Assembly (NCBI RefSeq): GCF_000737315.1
Contig: NZ_JMCB01000008.1
Span: 20,001-268,000 of the forward strand
DNA length: 248,000 nt
Reading direction: 5' to 3'
From: Hyalangium minutum
GTDB taxonomy: Bacteria; Myxococcota; Myxococcia; Myxococcales; Myxococcaceae
The notes below the pieces were generated by a model. The model searched no databases, was not told the DNA's origin, and saw only the letters and a list, made by a program, of their open reading frames with translations. The position numbers and the translations under genes were made by a program. Position 1 is the stretch's first letter. Every line of letters starts with the position of its first letter. Below are positions 219,561 to 231,270 of the stretch, one piece after another.

Positions 219561-221159
219561 ATGAATTTCAGCTTCGTCCCGGGCGACGCCCTGCGGGCAG
219601 GCGGCGCCCTGCTCGTCATCCCCCTGCTTGATGGCGACCTCGGAGACACCGCTTCCACTGCCCTCACTGCCGCGGACAAGGCCCTGGAAGGCAAGCTGCG
219701 CGCAGCCGCCACCCAGGAGGGCTTCAAGGGCAAGGCGGAGCAGTCCCTGGTGCTGAACACCCTGGGCACGCTCGCCGCCGAGCGCGTCCTGCTGCTGGGC
219801 CTGGGCTCGCGAGGCAAGTTCACCCACGAGGTGCTCCGTCAGGCCGCCGGGCGCGCCGCCAAGACGGCCCAGAAGCTCAAGGTCCAGGAGCTGACCTTCG
219901 TTGTCCCAGAGGCCCTCGCCGCCCCCGAGGCCGTGCGCGCCATCGCCGAGGGCCTGCTGCTGGGCGTCTACAAGTTCGACCGCTACAAGACGGGCGGCCC
220001 CAAGGAGGAGAAGAAGGCTCCGGGGCTCGGCACGGTGAAGCTCGTGGTGTCCGGGGACGGCAAGAGCCCGGAGCTCCAGGCCGCCGTGGAGCTGGGCCGC
220101 CGCGTCGCCGAGGCCACCAACTGGGCGCGGGATCTCGTCAACGAGCCCCCCAACGTGGTGGACCCGGACCGGCTCGCCCAGGCCGCCCAGGAGGTCGCCA
220201 AGGCCACTGGGATCAAGGCCACCATCGGCGGGCGCAAGGAGATCGAGCGCCTCAAGATGGGCATGTTCCTCGGCGTCGCCCAGGGCAGCGCCCACGAGCC
220301 CCGGCTGATCCACCTGGCCTACATCCCGAAGAACCCCAAGGACGCCAAGCGCGCGCCGCTGGCGCTGGTGGGCAAGGCCATCACCTTCGACTCGGGCGGA
220401 CTGTCGCTCAAGCCTGCCGATTCGATGATCGACATGAAGACGGACATGGCGGGCTCGGCGGCGGTGCTGGGCGCCATGCGCGTCATTGGCGAGCTCGCGC
220501 CGCCCTTCCCCGTGCACGCCTTCGTGGGCGCATGCGAGAACATGCCCTCGGGCACCGCCTACCGGCCGGGTGACATCCTCACCTCGCGCCTGGGCAAGAC
220601 GGTGGAGATCACCAACACGGACGCCGAGGGCCGCCTGGTGCTGGGTGACATCCTCACCTGGGCCGTGGAGCACAAGCCCGCCGCCATCGTGGACCTGGCC
220701 ACGCTCACGGGCGCGTGCGTCATCGCCCTGGGCAACTACATCGTCGGCGCGTTCGGCGACAACGATGGTGCCATGGAGGAAGTGCTGAAGGCCGCCAAGG
220801 CCGCCGGCGAGGAGTTCTGGCGCATGCCCGTCACCGAGCTGCAGAAGGACGCGCTGCGCTCCGAAGTGGCCGACATGAAGAACGCGGGCGAGCGCTGGGG
220901 CGGAGCCATCAACGCGGCCCTGTTCCTCAAGGAGTTCGTGGGCGACACGCCCTGGGTCCACCTGGACATTGCCGGCCCGTCCACCAGCCCCAAGGAGCGC
221001 GGCTACTTCAACAAGGGCGCCACGGGCGTCGGCCTGCGCACGCTGGTCGAACTCGTGCGCCAGCGCGCCGCCTCCCCTGAGAGCACGGAGAGCCCCGCTG
221101 AGAGCGCGGCCCCTGCTCCGAAGAGCCGCGCCAAGAAGGGCCGCTCGGCCCGTGCCTGA
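219561..221159 (+). CDS. pepA: Leucyl aminopeptidase (M17)
   Basis: GKAITFDSGG, MKTDMAG, NTDAEGR. Confidence 0.95.
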   Translation: MNFSFVPGDALRAGGALLVIPLLDGDLGDTASTALTAADKALEGKLRAAATQEGFKGKAEQSLVLNTLGTLAAERVLLLGLGSRGKFTHEVLRQAAGRAAKTAQKLKVQELTFVVPEALAAPEAVRAIAEGLLLGVYKFDRYKTGGPKEEKKAPGLGTVKLVVSGDGKSPELQAAVELGRRVAEATNWARDLVNEPPNVVDPDRLAQAAQEVAKATGIKATIGGRKEIERLKMGMFLGVAQGSAHEPRLIHLAYIPKNPKDAKRAPLALVGKAITFDSGGLSLKPADSMIDMKTDMAGSAAVLGAMRVIGELAPPFPVHAFVGACENMPSGTAYRPGDILTSRLGKTVEITNTDAEGRLVLGDILTWAVEHKPAAIVDLATLTGACVIALGNYIVGAFGDNDGAMEEVLKAAKAAGEEFWRMPVTELQKDALRSEVADMKNAGERWGGAINAALFLKEFVGDTPWVHLDIAGPSTSPKERGYFNKGATGVGLRTLVELVRQRAASPESTESPAESAAPAPKSRAKKGRSARA

Positions 221160-221173
221160 GCCGTATGCCCGGG

Positions 221174-221770
221174 CTAGCCTGGCTCGGGCAGCGGGTGCAC
221201 CGCGCCGAAGAGGGCCTCCACGCTCCGGTTCACATCCTCCGGAGCCGTCTCCGGCCAGGTGGCCAGGAACATGAACACCCGGCCGGGGCTGCCCTCCGTC
221301 ACCGCCACCCGGCCGCGCACCCCACCCTCCACCGTGAAGTTGAAGCCCACCGCGCTGTCGGACAGCGGCAGCGGCTCCGGATCCGAGGCGACGAAGCCGG
221401 GCTGCTCCTTCAGTCCCTCGCTGAGCCGCTCGGCGAACTGCGTGGGCGTGGCCACGGCGGGCGCCACCTGCAGCACCACCTGCGCGCCCGTGGTCCGGTG
221501 CTTCAGGACAACGGGGATGGCCATGCCCTCGGGAGCGTTCTGCTCCTCCGTCTCGTCGAGCTGCCACTCCGCCGTGGGCCGGACAATCTCGAAGCCCAGA
221601 TCCTCATCCACGTAGCGTCGCGTCGAGGACGGATACTCCTCGGCCAGCACCGCCTGGGCGCCCGGTGGCGTCTCCTGGGCCGCCTGCGGCCTCACCGCCG
221701 AGGACCGCGACGCCCCACACGCCGTGCACAGCACCACCGACACCACCCCCAGCCACCCCATCCGCCGCAT
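221174..221770 (-). CDS. Hypothetical lipoprotein
   Basis: CTAC lipobox. Confidence 0.55.
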   Translation of the reverse strand: MRRMGWLGVVSVVLCTACGASRSSAVRPQAAQETPPGAQAVLAEEYPSSTRRYVDEDLGFEIVRPTAEWQLDETEEQNAPEGMAIPVVLKHRTTGAQVVLQVAPAVATPTQFAERLSEGLKEQPGFVASDPEPLPLSDSAVGFNFTVEGGVRGRVAVTEGSPGRVFMFLATWPETAPEDVNRSVEALFGAVHPLPEPG

Positions 221771-221863
221771 GTCACCACCCCCACCCACCCCAAGCCCTGA
221801 TCGCAAACGTGGGTACGGCTCCCACGCGTGACCAGGGGGGTAAGGGATGAGGAGGAGCAGCTG

Positions 221864-222589
221864 TCAGGCGGAGGAAACTTCCTCGGCGATCGCGCGCGCG
221901 GCGGCCACGGGATCTGCCGCGGTGTGGACAGGTCGTCCCACCACCAGCAGATCCGCGCCCGCACGAATCGCAAAGGCGGGCGTCTCCGCGCGGGCCTGAT
222001 CTCCCTTCTCCGCGCCCGCGGGACGAATGCCCGGCGTGCACAGGAAGGGCGAGGGCCCCAGCAAGCGCCTGAGACCCTCGGCTTCGCGCGGCGAGCACAC
222101 CAGGCCATCCACGCCCGCCTTCACGGCCAGCTGCGCCAGCCGCTGCGCCGCCGCCTCGGGCGTTCCGGTGAACCCGATGGACGTCACATCCTCGGCCGAC
222201 AGCGACGTCAGCACCGTCACCGCGAGCACCTTGGGTGCCGCGTGGCCCTGCGCCTTGGCACCCTCGCGAGCCCCCTTCACGGCGGCCTTCAGCATGGCCT
222301 CGCCCCCAGCGGCGTGGACGGTGAGCAGCGCGACTCCCAGCGCTCCGGCGCGAGCCGCCGCCAGCTCCACGGTGTTGGGGATGTCATGCAGCTTCAAGTC
222401 CAGGAACACCCGCGCACCGAGCTTCTGGAACGCGGCCACCGCCGCAGGCCCGTGCTCCACGAAGAGCGAGAGCCCCACCTTGGCGTAGCCCACGTGCGGA
222501 GCCACCGTCGAGTACAGCGCGAGCCCCTGCTCCAGCGGCAGGTCCGCGGCGAGGGCGAGCCGCTCGCGCGCGGCCACGGCCTGGCTCAC
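221864..222589 (-). CDS. pyrF: OMP decarboxylase
   Basis: [18 protein letters not shown]. Confidence 0.96.
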   Translation of the reverse strand: MSQAVAARERLALAADLPLEQGLALYSTVAPHVGYAKVGLSLFVEHGPAAVAAFQKLGARVFLDLKLHDIPNTVELAAARAGALGVALLTVHAAGGEAMLKAAVKGAREGAKAQGHAAPKVLAVTVLTSLSAEDVTSIGFTGTPEAAAQRLAQLAVKAGVDGLVCSPREAEGLRRLLGPSPFLCTPGIRPAGAEKGDQARAETPAFAIRAGADLLVVGRPVHTAADPVAAARAIAEEVSSA

Positions 222590-223830
222590 GTCAATCCCTC
222601 CTGGAGGGCGCGGTACGTCATCGACAGCTGCTCTGCCAGAGCCTGCGGCAGCACGTTCTGCGCGGAGAACAGCGCATAGGAGACGAACGCATCGAGCGCC
222701 TCCAGCGTGAGCGCGCGAGAGAGCGCCTCGCCGCCACCGGCCACGTTGCGGCGGATCTGATCCACGTCCACGCGTCCATCCGGGCCGAGCTTCACACCGG
222801 AGTACGCCTCCTCCAGCCCTGGAGGGGGCGACTGGAGGAAGCTCTGGAACATGCTCACGTCCCGCCCCATCTCCTCGATGGCGCGGTACACCAGCGCGAG
222901 CAGCAGGTTGTAGCGCTCCTCGGGGCCGAGCAGCTCCGAGCCCACCATCTCCAGGCTCGGCGTGGGGCGCACCGGCGCGGGGGGCACCACGGGCTCGATG
223001 ACGAGCGAGCCGCCGCGGATGCGCTCCTCCATCCAGGTGAGGAAGGCGTGGATGCTGCCTTCGTAAGCCGAGCGCAGATCCTTCAGCGAGATGCCCGGCT
223101 TGGCCTTGTTGGCCAGCGACTCCTCGCCGGTCGGGAATCCCTCGGGGCCCACGCGCACGCGCACGTCCTCGGGGAACTGGCGGCGCAGCCGCGTCGTCGC
223201 CTCGCCGCGCTTGATGCCCTGGATGACCAAGTCTCGCGTGCGCTCGGGCAGCTTGACGACGTCGCTCAGCGGCGCCTGCGCTTCGAGGAAGAGGAAGGAG
223301 CCCTCCATCATCTCGAAGAGGTTCAGCACCACCTCGCGCACCAGGTACGTCATGGCGTTGTAGAGGTTGGCCTCGGAGACGATGCCCTCGGTGGTGAGCA
223401 CCTGTCCGATGCGGCGCGTGGGCGTCACCTGGGCAACGGCCAGCGTGAGCTGGTCCGAGGTGATGAGCCCCAACTGCACCAGCACCGCGCCCAGCCGCTC
223501 ATAGCGCTCGGTGGAGGTGGCGAACACCACCTGCCCATCCCGGAACGTCACCGTGCGGCGCAGCTGGTTGTGCTGGACAATCAGCTGCCCGCTGCGGATG
223601 CCGGACAAGACGTAGGAGAAGACATCCTCCATGAAGAGAGAGCCGAGGTTGCCGGCGAAGAAGCCGATCAGATCCGGCGGCTCTCTCAGGAGGATCATCC
223701 CCTCGGGCGAATGGAAGTGCGCCGAGAAGGGACGGGTGGGCGATAGGCCCATGGTGAGCGGCCGCTCGAGTTCGAGAGCCGCCGTCTCACCGGTGATGCG
223801 GGGAGTGGCTTTGGGACGTGGAGGTGCCAC
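222586..223830 (-). CDS. DUF4388 domain protein
   Basis: GNLG...EDVF..SG.L; RLGAVL. Confidence 0.7.
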   Translation of the reverse strand: MAPPRPKATPRITGETAALELERPLTMGLSPTRPFSAHFHSPEGMILLREPPDLIGFFAGNLGSLFMEDVFSYVLSGIRSGQLIVQHNQLRRTVTFRDGQVVFATSTERYERLGAVLVQLGLITSDQLTLAVAQVTPTRRIGQVLTTEGIVSEANLYNAMTYLVREVVLNLFEMMEGSFLFLEAQAPLSDVVKLPERTRDLVIQGIKRGEATTRLRRQFPEDVRVRVGPEGFPTGEESLANKAKPGISLKDLRSAYEGSIHAFLTWMEERIRGGSLVIEPVVPPAPVRPTPSLEMVGSELLGPEERYNLLLALVYRAIEEMGRDVSMFQSFLQSPPPGLEEAYSGVKLGPDGRVDVDQIRRNVAGGGEALSRALTLEALDAFVSYALFSAQNVLPQALAEQLSMTYRALQEGLT

Positions 223831-223839
223831 GTGCCCAGT

Positions 223840-224928
223840 CTACTTCTTCTTGCTCAACTCCGCGTCGATGATGCTCTTGAATTCCTCGGCCGGCACCGCG
223901 CCCGACAGGACCACCCCGTTGATGAAGAAGGCTGGGGTGCCGCTGACCCCGGCCTTCTCACCGGCCGACATGTCCTTCTTCACGAGCTCGGCCTTCTTGC
224001 CGGAGTCCAGGCACTCGTTGAAGCGGGCGGTGTCCAGGCCCAGGTCCGCGGCGTGCTTCTTCAGGTCGTCCACCTTGAGGGCGCCCTGATTGGCGAACAG
224101 CTTGTCGTGGTACTCCCAGAACTTCTTCTGGTCATCGGCGCACGCGGCGGCCTCGGCGGCCTTCGGGGCGTCCTGGTGGAAGCTCAGCGGGAAGTGGCGG
224201 AACACCAGGCGCACCTTGTCGCCGTACTGCTTCACCACCTCGTCCACGGTGACCTTGGCGCGGCTGCAGAACGGGCACTGGAAGTCGCTGAACTCGACGA
224301 TCGTGATGGGGGCGTTGTCCGGGCCCTTGGCCGGGCCGGTGGCCTCCACCTGGATGCGCTTCTCCGGCAGGAGGACCTTCACGTCCGCCTTGGACTTCAG
224401 GTCATTGAACAGCGCCTGCGCCTTCTCGCGCTTGCCCTGCTCGCCCAGCATCTTGACGATCTCGGGCTTGACCTGCTCCAGCGTCACCTCTGCGGGCAGC
224501 TGGCCGGCGGCCTTGGCCTGGTCGTAGATCTTCTGGATCTCCGCGTCGCTCGGCTGGGCGGACTTGTCCTCCACCTCGGCCTTGAGCAGCGCGTCCTCGT
224601 TGGGCAGGCCGCGCTTCTTGGCCTCGGCCTGAACGAGCTTCTCGATGATGTAGCCATCCAGGCCGCGCTTGAGCAGGTCCTGCTTGCGCTTGTCGAGGTC
224701 CGCCAGCGGCGCGCCAATGCGGCCGGTCAGCTCGCCGTAGGTGACCTTCTGCTCGGCGCCGTCCACCTTGTAGGTGCCGACGACGGCGTCCGGGGCGAGC
224801 TCACACTGGCCGCCCGAGGCGGAAGCGGTGGCGGGGTTGGCCGCGGGAGACGTCTGCTTGTTGCAGCCGACGGCAAAGGAGGCCGCGAGCACCGCGGCCA
224901 GAAGAATACGGGAGGAGCGCTTGGACAT
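223840..224928 (-). CDS. DsbA/thioredoxin-fold lipoprotein
   Basis: FSDFQCPFC, GTP. Confidence 0.88.
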   Translation of the reverse strand: MSKRSSRILLAAVLAASFAVGCNKQTSPAANPATASASGGQCELAPDAVVGTYKVDGAEQKVTYGELTGRIGAPLADLDKRKQDLLKRGLDGYIIEKLVQAEAKKRGLPNEDALLKAEVEDKSAQPSDAEIQKIYDQAKAAGQLPAEVTLEQVKPEIVKMLGEQGKREKAQALFNDLKSKADVKVLLPEKRIQVEATGPAKGPDNAPITIVEFSDFQCPFCSRAKVTVDEVVKQYGDKVRLVFRHFPLSFHQDAPKAAEAAACADDQKKFWEYHDKLFANQGALKVDDLKKHAADLGLDTARFNECLDSGKKAELVKKDMSAGEKAGVSGTPAFFINGVVLSGAVPAEEFKSIIDAELSKKK

Positions 224929-224982
224929 GGGTCCGGCGTCTTAATCGAGGTCTCCCGTGCCTCGCAAAAGAAACTTCCGGCT

Positions 224983-225927
224983 TCAGGCGACCAGCGGCTC
225001 CAGATCCATGCCACCCGACAGCTCGGGCAAGCGCACTTCGGGCCGCTCTGTGTCCACCGGACGACCCTGCACCAGCTCGTAGCAGCTCGGATCGGACAGC
225101 ACTTTCTGCACCAGCTTGTGGTTGAGCGCGTGGCCCGTCTTGAAGACCTTCAGGTGGCCAATGACCGGGCGCCCGAACAGGGACACGTCGCCCACGGCGT
225201 CGAGAATCTTGTGCCGGACGAACTCATCCGGGAAGCGCAGCCCCTCGGGGTTGAGGATGGTGGACTCGTCCACGACGATGGCGTTGTCCAGCGAGCCACC
225301 GCGCGCCAGGCCGTGCTTCTTGAGCATCTCCACGTCCCGCAGGAAGCCGAAGGTGCGCGCGCGCGAAATCTCACCGGCGAAGCCCCGCTCGCTCACCTCC
225401 ACCTCGAAGGACTGGCAGGAGATCATCGGGTGCTTGAAGTCGATGGAGCAGCTGATCCGGAAGCGGCGGGCCGGAGACAGCGTGGCCTCCTTGTCACCCT
225501 CCACCACCGTGACGGGCTTGTTGATGACCAGGTAGAGGCGCTGCTCCTCCAGCTCGCGCACGCCCACGCTGGTGATCATCTGCACGAAGTGCTCGGCGCT
225601 GCCGTCCATGACGGGCACCTCGGGACCATCCAGCTCCACGCGCACGTTGTCGATGCCCAGCCCGGCCAGCGCCGACAGCAGGTGCTCCACCGTGCCCACC
225701 TTCACCCCGTCCTTACCCAAGGTGGTGGCCATGGAGGTGTCCACCACGTACTGCGAGAGGGCCGGGATGGCCACCTGGGCTGCTGTGTCCGTGCGGACGA
225801 AGACGATGCCGTGGTGGGCCGGAGCAGGCCACAGGGTGAGGTTTACCATCGCGCCAGAGTGGAGCCCCACCCCCTTGCAGGACACGGGCTCGGAGATGGT
225901 GCGCTGATGGTCGGGAAACACAGGCAT
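224983..225927 (-). CDS. lpxC: UDP-3-O-acyl-GlcNAc deacetylase
   Basis: GVGLHSG, TVEHLLSA, HKILD. Confidence 0.96.
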   Translation of the reverse strand: MPVFPDHQRTISEPVSCKGVGLHSGAMVNLTLWPAPAHHGIVFVRTDTAAQVAIPALSQYVVDTSMATTLGKDGVKVGTVEHLLSALAGLGIDNVRVELDGPEVPVMDGSAEHFVQMITSVGVRELEEQRLYLVINKPVTVVEGDKEATLSPARRFRISCSIDFKHPMISCQSFEVEVSERGFAGEISRARTFGFLRDVEMLKKHGLARGGSLDNAIVVDESTILNPEGLRFPDEFVRHKILDAVGDVSLFGRPVIGHLKVFKTGHALNHKLVQKVLSDPSCYELVQGRPVDTERPEVRLPELSGGMDLEPLVA

Positions 225928-226324
225928 TGCCGTATCGCCTCTCTTACTGCTTCGGTCCGGCAGGTGTTGCCGAAGGGGCCCTCCGGATCAGGCCCGAATC
226001 GTTCACTTCTGGATCTGGGACAGCCCTCAGAGATGAGCAAACCCTATGCCACTGACTTGGAAACCTGTCCGGTCGGACGGACAGGCCCACTGCCTGATAT
226101 CCCTTTGAAATGACTGGGCTTTTTTCCGGCACTGGCGTCAGGACCGCGCTCCTGTAGGGCTTTCCCCCCTCAATTGGCTGGGTCTCTTCGACATCACCGT
226201 GACATCTGTGTCCGAGATCCATCACAAACTGGCGGGTCCATAACGCAGGCAACCGCCCGGAAGCAAACACTCCTCAGGCAGAGGCCTCAGCGAGGGCCGA
226301 CCCTGTAAAATCAGCAGTGGGAGC

Positions 226325-227809
226325 TCAACGGTGCGCAGGCGCCAAGAAGCGGTCCCGGAGGGCCTCGGCTTCTTTGCGGTCAAACGTTCGCCCCTGGAGA
226401 AGCACCCGGCGGCTCACGGAGGTGAAGGTGCTCTCCAGCGTGGGCGTGAAGAGGCGCAAGTCTTCAGCCAGCCGGTGGCGGATGCCGGGGCCCTCGGGCG
226501 GCCAGGGCAGCTCCAGCAGGAGCCCGGTAAAGCGATCGAAGGGCTCGTAGTCCGAGTAGCGGAGCAGCTGGTAGCTCCCGTCCTGGAAGTAGCTCAGGAA
226601 GGACTTGAGGGATGACAGGGCGGCCTCCGCGGCCGGCACGTCCTCCGAGTGCATGGCCGTCTCCGTGGCCCGGCACAGCTGGCCGAAGACCCACAGGTCC
226701 TTGCGCAGCCGCTGGGCCATGGCCTCCTGGGAGACGAGCTGGGCGAAGGTGTCCTCTGCGGTGGCGGCGCCCGGCGCGAGCGCCTCCACGAGCGCGACAA
226801 TCTGAGCGCGGAAGAGCGCGGTGAAGGCGGCGGCGGCCTTCATGGAGGGGCCCGTCTCGGCGTCCTCCTGCGCGGGGAGCACCTCGCGGGCGATGCGGTT
226901 GGTCTCCTTGGCGATGTCGCGGGCGGCGCGCAGGCCGGCGGCCTTGAGGCGCTTGGGGCCTACCTGCATGGCCAGCTCGTGGCGGAGGTAACCCACCAGG
227001 CTCACCGCCTCACTGCGCACCAGCGCGAGCACCACGCGCACGCGCCGGGGCGGGGCCTCGTCTCCCTCCTGAGCCACATAGGAGAGGTAGTGGAGCAGCC
227101 GGAACAGCGCGAGGAAGGCGGTGGAGAAGCCGGGGCGGACGTCCGCGGGCTGGCTGGCGAGCAGGTCCAACACCCGCACCGAGCGCAGCCGGTCGTACTC
227201 GATGCGGAACTCCAGCGACCGGAAGGGGCGGAAGTAGCGGTTGAGGACGATCTCCCGCAGGGCCAGGTTGCCCACGTCCGTGAAGAGGTTGAGGCTGCAC
227301 ACGGGCAGCTTGAGCAGGTGATCGATCAGGTTGCGCAGGGCCTCGAAGGCCTCGCGCAGCACGAAGAGGCTCTCCTGGGGCGTCTCCTGGACGAGCTCTT
227401 CCTCGATGAAGGCGCTGCGGACCCGGTCATCGGCCAGCTGGCTCTCCACGTACTTGCGGAAGACGCGCTTGGAGTCCGAGTCCGGATCCAACAGCCGGCG
227501 GCCGATGCGGATGGCGCGGTGGATGGCGTCGCGGACGTCCTCGAGCTCCTCGTGGAAGTCCCGGGTGACGAGGGGGCGCTCGTGGGCATCCACCACCGAG
227601 TTGTGCAGGTGGAAGTAGCGCTCCACCCCGCGCAGGAGCATCTCGAACTCGAAGAGCTGCTCCTCGCGGCCCTCGATGGTGACACTGCGCAGCCAGCGCT
227701 CGCGCTCGGCGAGCATGATGGCCCGCGAGCCTTGGGTGGTGCTCATCAGGTCCGCGTAGAAGTCGCGGGCGGCCGTCGAGGCATCTCCCTGGGCGCGTGC
227801 CTGGCTCAT
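226325..227809 (-). CDS. Conserved hypothetical helical protein
   Basis: Coding-like composition; no motif recognised. Confidence 0.55.
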   Translation of the reverse strand: MSQARAQGDASTAARDFYADLMSTTQGSRAIMLAERERWLRSVTIEGREEQLFEFEMLLRGVERYFHLHNSVVDAHERPLVTRDFHEELEDVRDAIHRAIRIGRRLLDPDSDSKRVFRKYVESQLADDRVRSAFIEEELVQETPQESLFVLREAFEALRNLIDHLLKLPVCSLNLFTDVGNLALREIVLNRYFRPFRSLEFRIEYDRLRSVRVLDLLASQPADVRPGFSTAFLALFRLLHYLSYVAQEGDEAPPRRVRVVLALVRSEAVSLVGYLRHELAMQVGPKRLKAAGLRAARDIAKETNRIAREVLPAQEDAETGPSMKAAAAFTALFRAQIVALVEALAPGAATAEDTFAQLVSQEAMAQRLRKDLWVFGQLCRATETAMHSEDVPAAEAALSSLKSFLSYFQDGSYQLLRYSDYEPFDRFTGLLLELPWPPEGPGIRHRLAEDLRLFTPTLESTFTSVSRRVLLQGRTFDRKEAEALRDRFLAPAHR

Positions 227810-227823
227810 CGGCGGAGTTCCTA

Positions 227824-228858
227824 TCAGAAGAGGGCGCCCTGGGGTGAAGCGGGCGGCGGCGTCTTCTTGAAATAGCTGTAGGCCCGATGCGTCGCCGTCC
227901 GGCCCCGAGGGGTGCGCTGGAGGAAACCTTCTTGGAGCAGAAAGGGCTCGTACACGTCCTCGATGGTGTCTCGCTGCTCGCCCACACTGGCAGCGATGGT
228001 CTCCACCCCCACCGGCCCCCCACCGAACTTCTCGATGATGGTGAGCAGAATCTTCCGGTCCATGGAGTCCAGGCCGCTGGCGTCCACGCCGAGCCTGTCG
228101 AGCGAGGACCGGGCCAGCTCCAGGGAGATGGTGCCCTCGCCCTCGACCTGGGCGAAGTCGCGCAGGCGGCGCAACAGCCGGTTGGCGATGCGCGGGGTGC
228201 CTCGGGAGCGGGTGGAGATCTCCTTGCTGGCGTCCTTGTCCATCGGGATGCCGAGGATGCGCGCCGAGCGGTTGAGGATGAGCTCCAGGTGCTTGGGCTC
228301 GTAGTACTCGAGGCGCTCCTGAATCTGGAAGCGGTCGCGGAGCGGCGAGGTGAGCAGGCCCGTGCGGGTGGTGGCGCCGATGAGGGTGAAGGGCGGCAGG
228401 TCGATCTTCATCGCGCGGGCGGCGGGGCCCGTGTCGATGGTGATGTCCAGCCGGAAGTCCTCCATGGCCGGGTAGAGGTACTCCTCGATGGCGGCGTTGA
228501 GGCGGTGGATCTCGTCGATGAAGAGGACGTCGCGCTCGTTGAGGTTGGTGAGCAACCCGGCCAGGTCGCCCTTGCGCTCCAGGGCGGGGCCGCTGGTGAC
228601 GTGGATGCCCACGCCGAGCTCGGAGGCAATGATGTGGGCCAGCGACGTCTTGCCCAGGCCCGGGGGCCCGGAGAACAGACAGTGGTCGAGCGCGTCGCCG
228701 CGGCTGCTGGCCGCGAGCACGTAGACTTTGAGCTTCTCGAGGACCTGGGACTGGCCCACGTACTCGTCGAAGGTGCGCGGCCGGAGCGAGACTTCCAGGC
228801 GGACATCGTCCCCCTGGACTTCCCCGGACAGCGTCTCGGACTTGCGCTTCGTAGCCAT
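227824..228858 (-). CDS. ruvB: Holliday junction helicase
   Basis: [20 protein letters not shown]. Confidence 0.97.
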   Translation of the reverse strand: MATKRKSETLSGEVQGDDVRLEVSLRPRTFDEYVGQSQVLEKLKVYVLAASSRGDALDHCLFSGPPGLGKTSLAHIIASELGVGIHVTSGPALERKGDLAGLLTNLNERDVLFIDEIHRLNAAIEEYLYPAMEDFRLDITIDTGPAARAMKIDLPPFTLIGATTRTGLLTSPLRDRFQIQERLEYYEPKHLELILNRSARILGIPMDKDASKEISTRSRGTPRIANRLLRRLRDFAQVEGEGTISLELARSSLDRLGVDASGLDSMDRKILLTIIEKFGGGPVGVETIAASVGEQRDTIEDVYEPFLLQEGFLQRTPRGRTATHRAYSYFKKTPPPASPQGALF

Positions 228859-228940
228859 GGCGGTGTTCACCCTACCAAGAACGGCGTGTGTGTCGCGGTC
228901 CATCTCCTGGCGGCGCTAGACTCGCGCGCCTTGATGGCCG

Positions 228941-230200
228941 GTGGGCCAGGGGGCGCGCAAAGTGAAGGGTCTCGTCTTCGATCTCTCCATCCCCAAGTAC
229001 GTGCTCGCCAAGGGGATCGGCGGGCTGTACCCGAAGATTCACTACGGACCGGGGAGCTGCCTGTCCCTGAGAGAGCTGCCCTCCCCCACTCCGCCCGGCC
229101 CCGAGTGGGTCCGGCTGAAGCCGCTGCTGGCCGGGCTGTGCGGCTCGGACATGGCCACGTTCTTCTTCAAGGCCAGTCCGCAGTTGGAGCCCTTCAATAG
229201 CTTCCCGGCGGTGCTGGGGCACGAGATCCTCGCCGAGGTGGCGGCGGTGGGCCCGGAGACACGGGGAGTCACAGTGGGGCAGCGCGTGGCGGTGAACCCG
229301 CTGCTGCCGTGCCGGCTGCGAGGCATCCAGCCGCCGTGCAAGCCATGCGCGTCGGGGCAGGAGAACGGGTGCGAGCACACGGCCGAGGGCTGCCTGGCGG
229401 CCGGGCAAATGCTCGGCTACCAGAAGGATCTGCCGGGGGGCATGGGCACGGAGATGGTGGCGCACCCGTCGCAGCTCCACGCCGTGCCGGATCGGGTGTC
229501 GAACAAGGCGGGCGTGTTGGTGGAGCCGCTGGCGGTGAGTCTGCATGCGGTGCTCAAGGCGGGGCTCCGGGATGAGGACCGGGTGCTGGTGATTGGCGGT
229601 GGGCCCGTGGCCTTCGCGGCGCTGTGGGCCATCCGAGCACTGGGGCACCGGAGCCATGTGACGCTGCTGGCGACGGAGGAGTACCAGCTGAAGCTCGCCC
229701 GGCAGCTGGGGGCGGATGAGGCGCTGCGGGTGAAGGATGACGCGGGGGAGGCCGAGGAGGTGGCGCGGCTGACGGGGGCGAAGGTCTACAAGCCCGTGAT
229801 TGGACCGCCTGCGCTGTCAGGAGGCTTCGAGGTGACGATCGACTGCATCGGCAGCGCAGGATCGGTGCAGGACTCGTTGAGGTACACGCGGGCACTGGGG
229901 CGGGTGGTGCTGGTGGGGGCGGCGGGGATTTTGGAGCGGGTGGACTGGACCACTGTGTGGAGGAATGAACTGACGCTGCTCGGTTCGTACGTGTACGGGC
230001 CGGAAAGCTTCCGGGGCGAGCGCAAGCACACCTTCGATCTGGTACTGGAGCTGTTGGCCCGCCGGGAGGGACCGGACCCATCCGTGCTCGTGACACACAC
230101 CTTCCCGCTCTCGCGGTATCGAGAGGCCATCGAGGCAAACCTGGCGCGAGGGCGCTACCACTCTGTGAAGACGGCATTCGACCTGACGGTGACCGCATGA
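228941..230200 (+). CDS. Zn-binding dehydrogenase
   Basis: CGSD, GHE, Cys cluster. Confidence 0.82.
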   Translation: MGQGARKVKGLVFDLSIPKYVLAKGIGGLYPKIHYGPGSCLSLRELPSPTPPGPEWVRLKPLLAGLCGSDMATFFFKASPQLEPFNSFPAVLGHEILAEVAAVGPETRGVTVGQRVAVNPLLPCRLRGIQPPCKPCASGQENGCEHTAEGCLAAGQMLGYQKDLPGGMGTEMVAHPSQLHAVPDRVSNKAGVLVEPLAVSLHAVLKAGLRDEDRVLVIGGGPVAFAALWAIRALGHRSHVTLLATEEYQLKLARQLGADEALRVKDDAGEAEEVARLTGAKVYKPVIGPPALSGGFEVTIDCIGSAGSVQDSLRYTRALGRVVLVGAAGILERVDWTTVWRNELTLLGSYVYGPESFRGERKHTFDLVLELLARREGPDPSVLVTHTFPLSRYREAIEANLARGRYHSVKTAFDLTVTA

Positions 230201-231270
230201 CTCCGAGCTTTCGTCCCCTTCCCTCCCTGACCGCGGCCCGTGCCGAGCAGGTGCCGGGACTCCGCCTCACGCAGCTCCGCCGCGCCGCGCAGGAGGCGCG
230301 CGAGGCGTTCGTCGCCGGTGGACCGGTGACGGCGGTAGCCACGTGCGATTTGATTACGTTCCCGTACCCGGCGCAGTTCGCATTCAGCGGGGCGGCGCTG
230401 TCTCCGGCGCCGTACGTGATGATGAAGAACCGGATGCAGGTGGTGCAGTTCCTGGAGGACGGGGAGCTGCGCACGCTGCTGTTCAACCCGAGCGACTACG
230501 AGCGCGGGATGGCGGCGCCGTTCTTCCGGGGCCTGCGCGAGAAGTACGGGCACTTCGTCTCGGACAAGGTGATGTCCACTCGGCACGGGACGGTGCAGAG
230601 CCACCTGGCGGCACTGGGGCTGAAGCCGGAGGACGTGGACTACATCGCGTTCGACCACCTGCACGTGCAGGACGTGCGCGGATGGCTGGGGGGCGAGGGC
230701 GCGTCGGCATACTTCCCTCGGGCGAAGCTGCTGGTGCAGCAGGCCGAGTGGCTGGGCGCGAAGAACCTGCACCCGATGCAGGCAGCCTGGTACGTGCCGA
230801 ACGGCACGGCGGGAGTGCCCGAAGAGCGGGTGGTGCTGCTGGACGGGGATGCGTGGCTGGGGCCGGGGGTGGCGATTCTTTCCACGCCAGGACACACGCT
230901 GGGGAACATGTCGCTGGCGGTGGCCACGGACCGCGATGTGTTCGTGGTGAGTGAGAACGGCGTGGCGACGGAGAGCTACACGCCGCTGCAGTCGGGGATT
231001 CCGGGAGTACGGACCTTCGCCGAGCACATGGGCATGGAGGTGGTGCTCAACGGCAACACGCGCGAGCACTCGCTGGACCAATACTCGTCAATGGTGGTGG
231101 AGAAGCTGTTCGCGGGGCCGTCTCCGGTGGACGGGGCCTACGTGAACTTCCACCCGTCCTCACTGCTCACGGGTTCCATGCTGGCCCCGGGGTTGTCACC
231201 CACGGTGGTGCTACCGGCGCCGAACTTCGGGGACGTGCGCCCGCCCGCTGCTGCGCGCCAGGCAGCCTGA
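230197..231270 (+). CDS. Metallo-beta-lactamase-fold hydrolase
   Basis: DHLHVQD, TPGHT. Confidence 0.7.
   Translation: MTPSFRPLPSLTAARAEQVPGLRLTQLRRAAQEAREAFVAGGPVTAVATCDLITFPYPAQFAFSGAALSPAPYVMMKNRMQVVQFLEDGELRTLLFNPSDYERGMAAPFFRGLREKYGHFVSDKVMSTRHGTVQSHLAALGLKPEDVDYIAFDHLHVQDVRGWLGGEGASAYFPRAKLLVQQAEWLGAKNLHPMQAAWYVPNGTAGVPEERVVLLDGDAWLGPGVAILSTPGHTLGNMSLAVATDRDVFVVSENGVATESYTPLQSGIPGVRTFAEHMGMEVVLNGNTREHSLDQYSSMVVEKLFAGPSPVDGAYVNFHPSSLLTGSMLAPGLSPTVVLPAPNFGDVRPPAAARQAA

Noticed and set aside
225930-226320. ncRNA in the lpxC upstream gap
   Set aside because: No recognisable Rfam-type motif or strong repeated structure by eye
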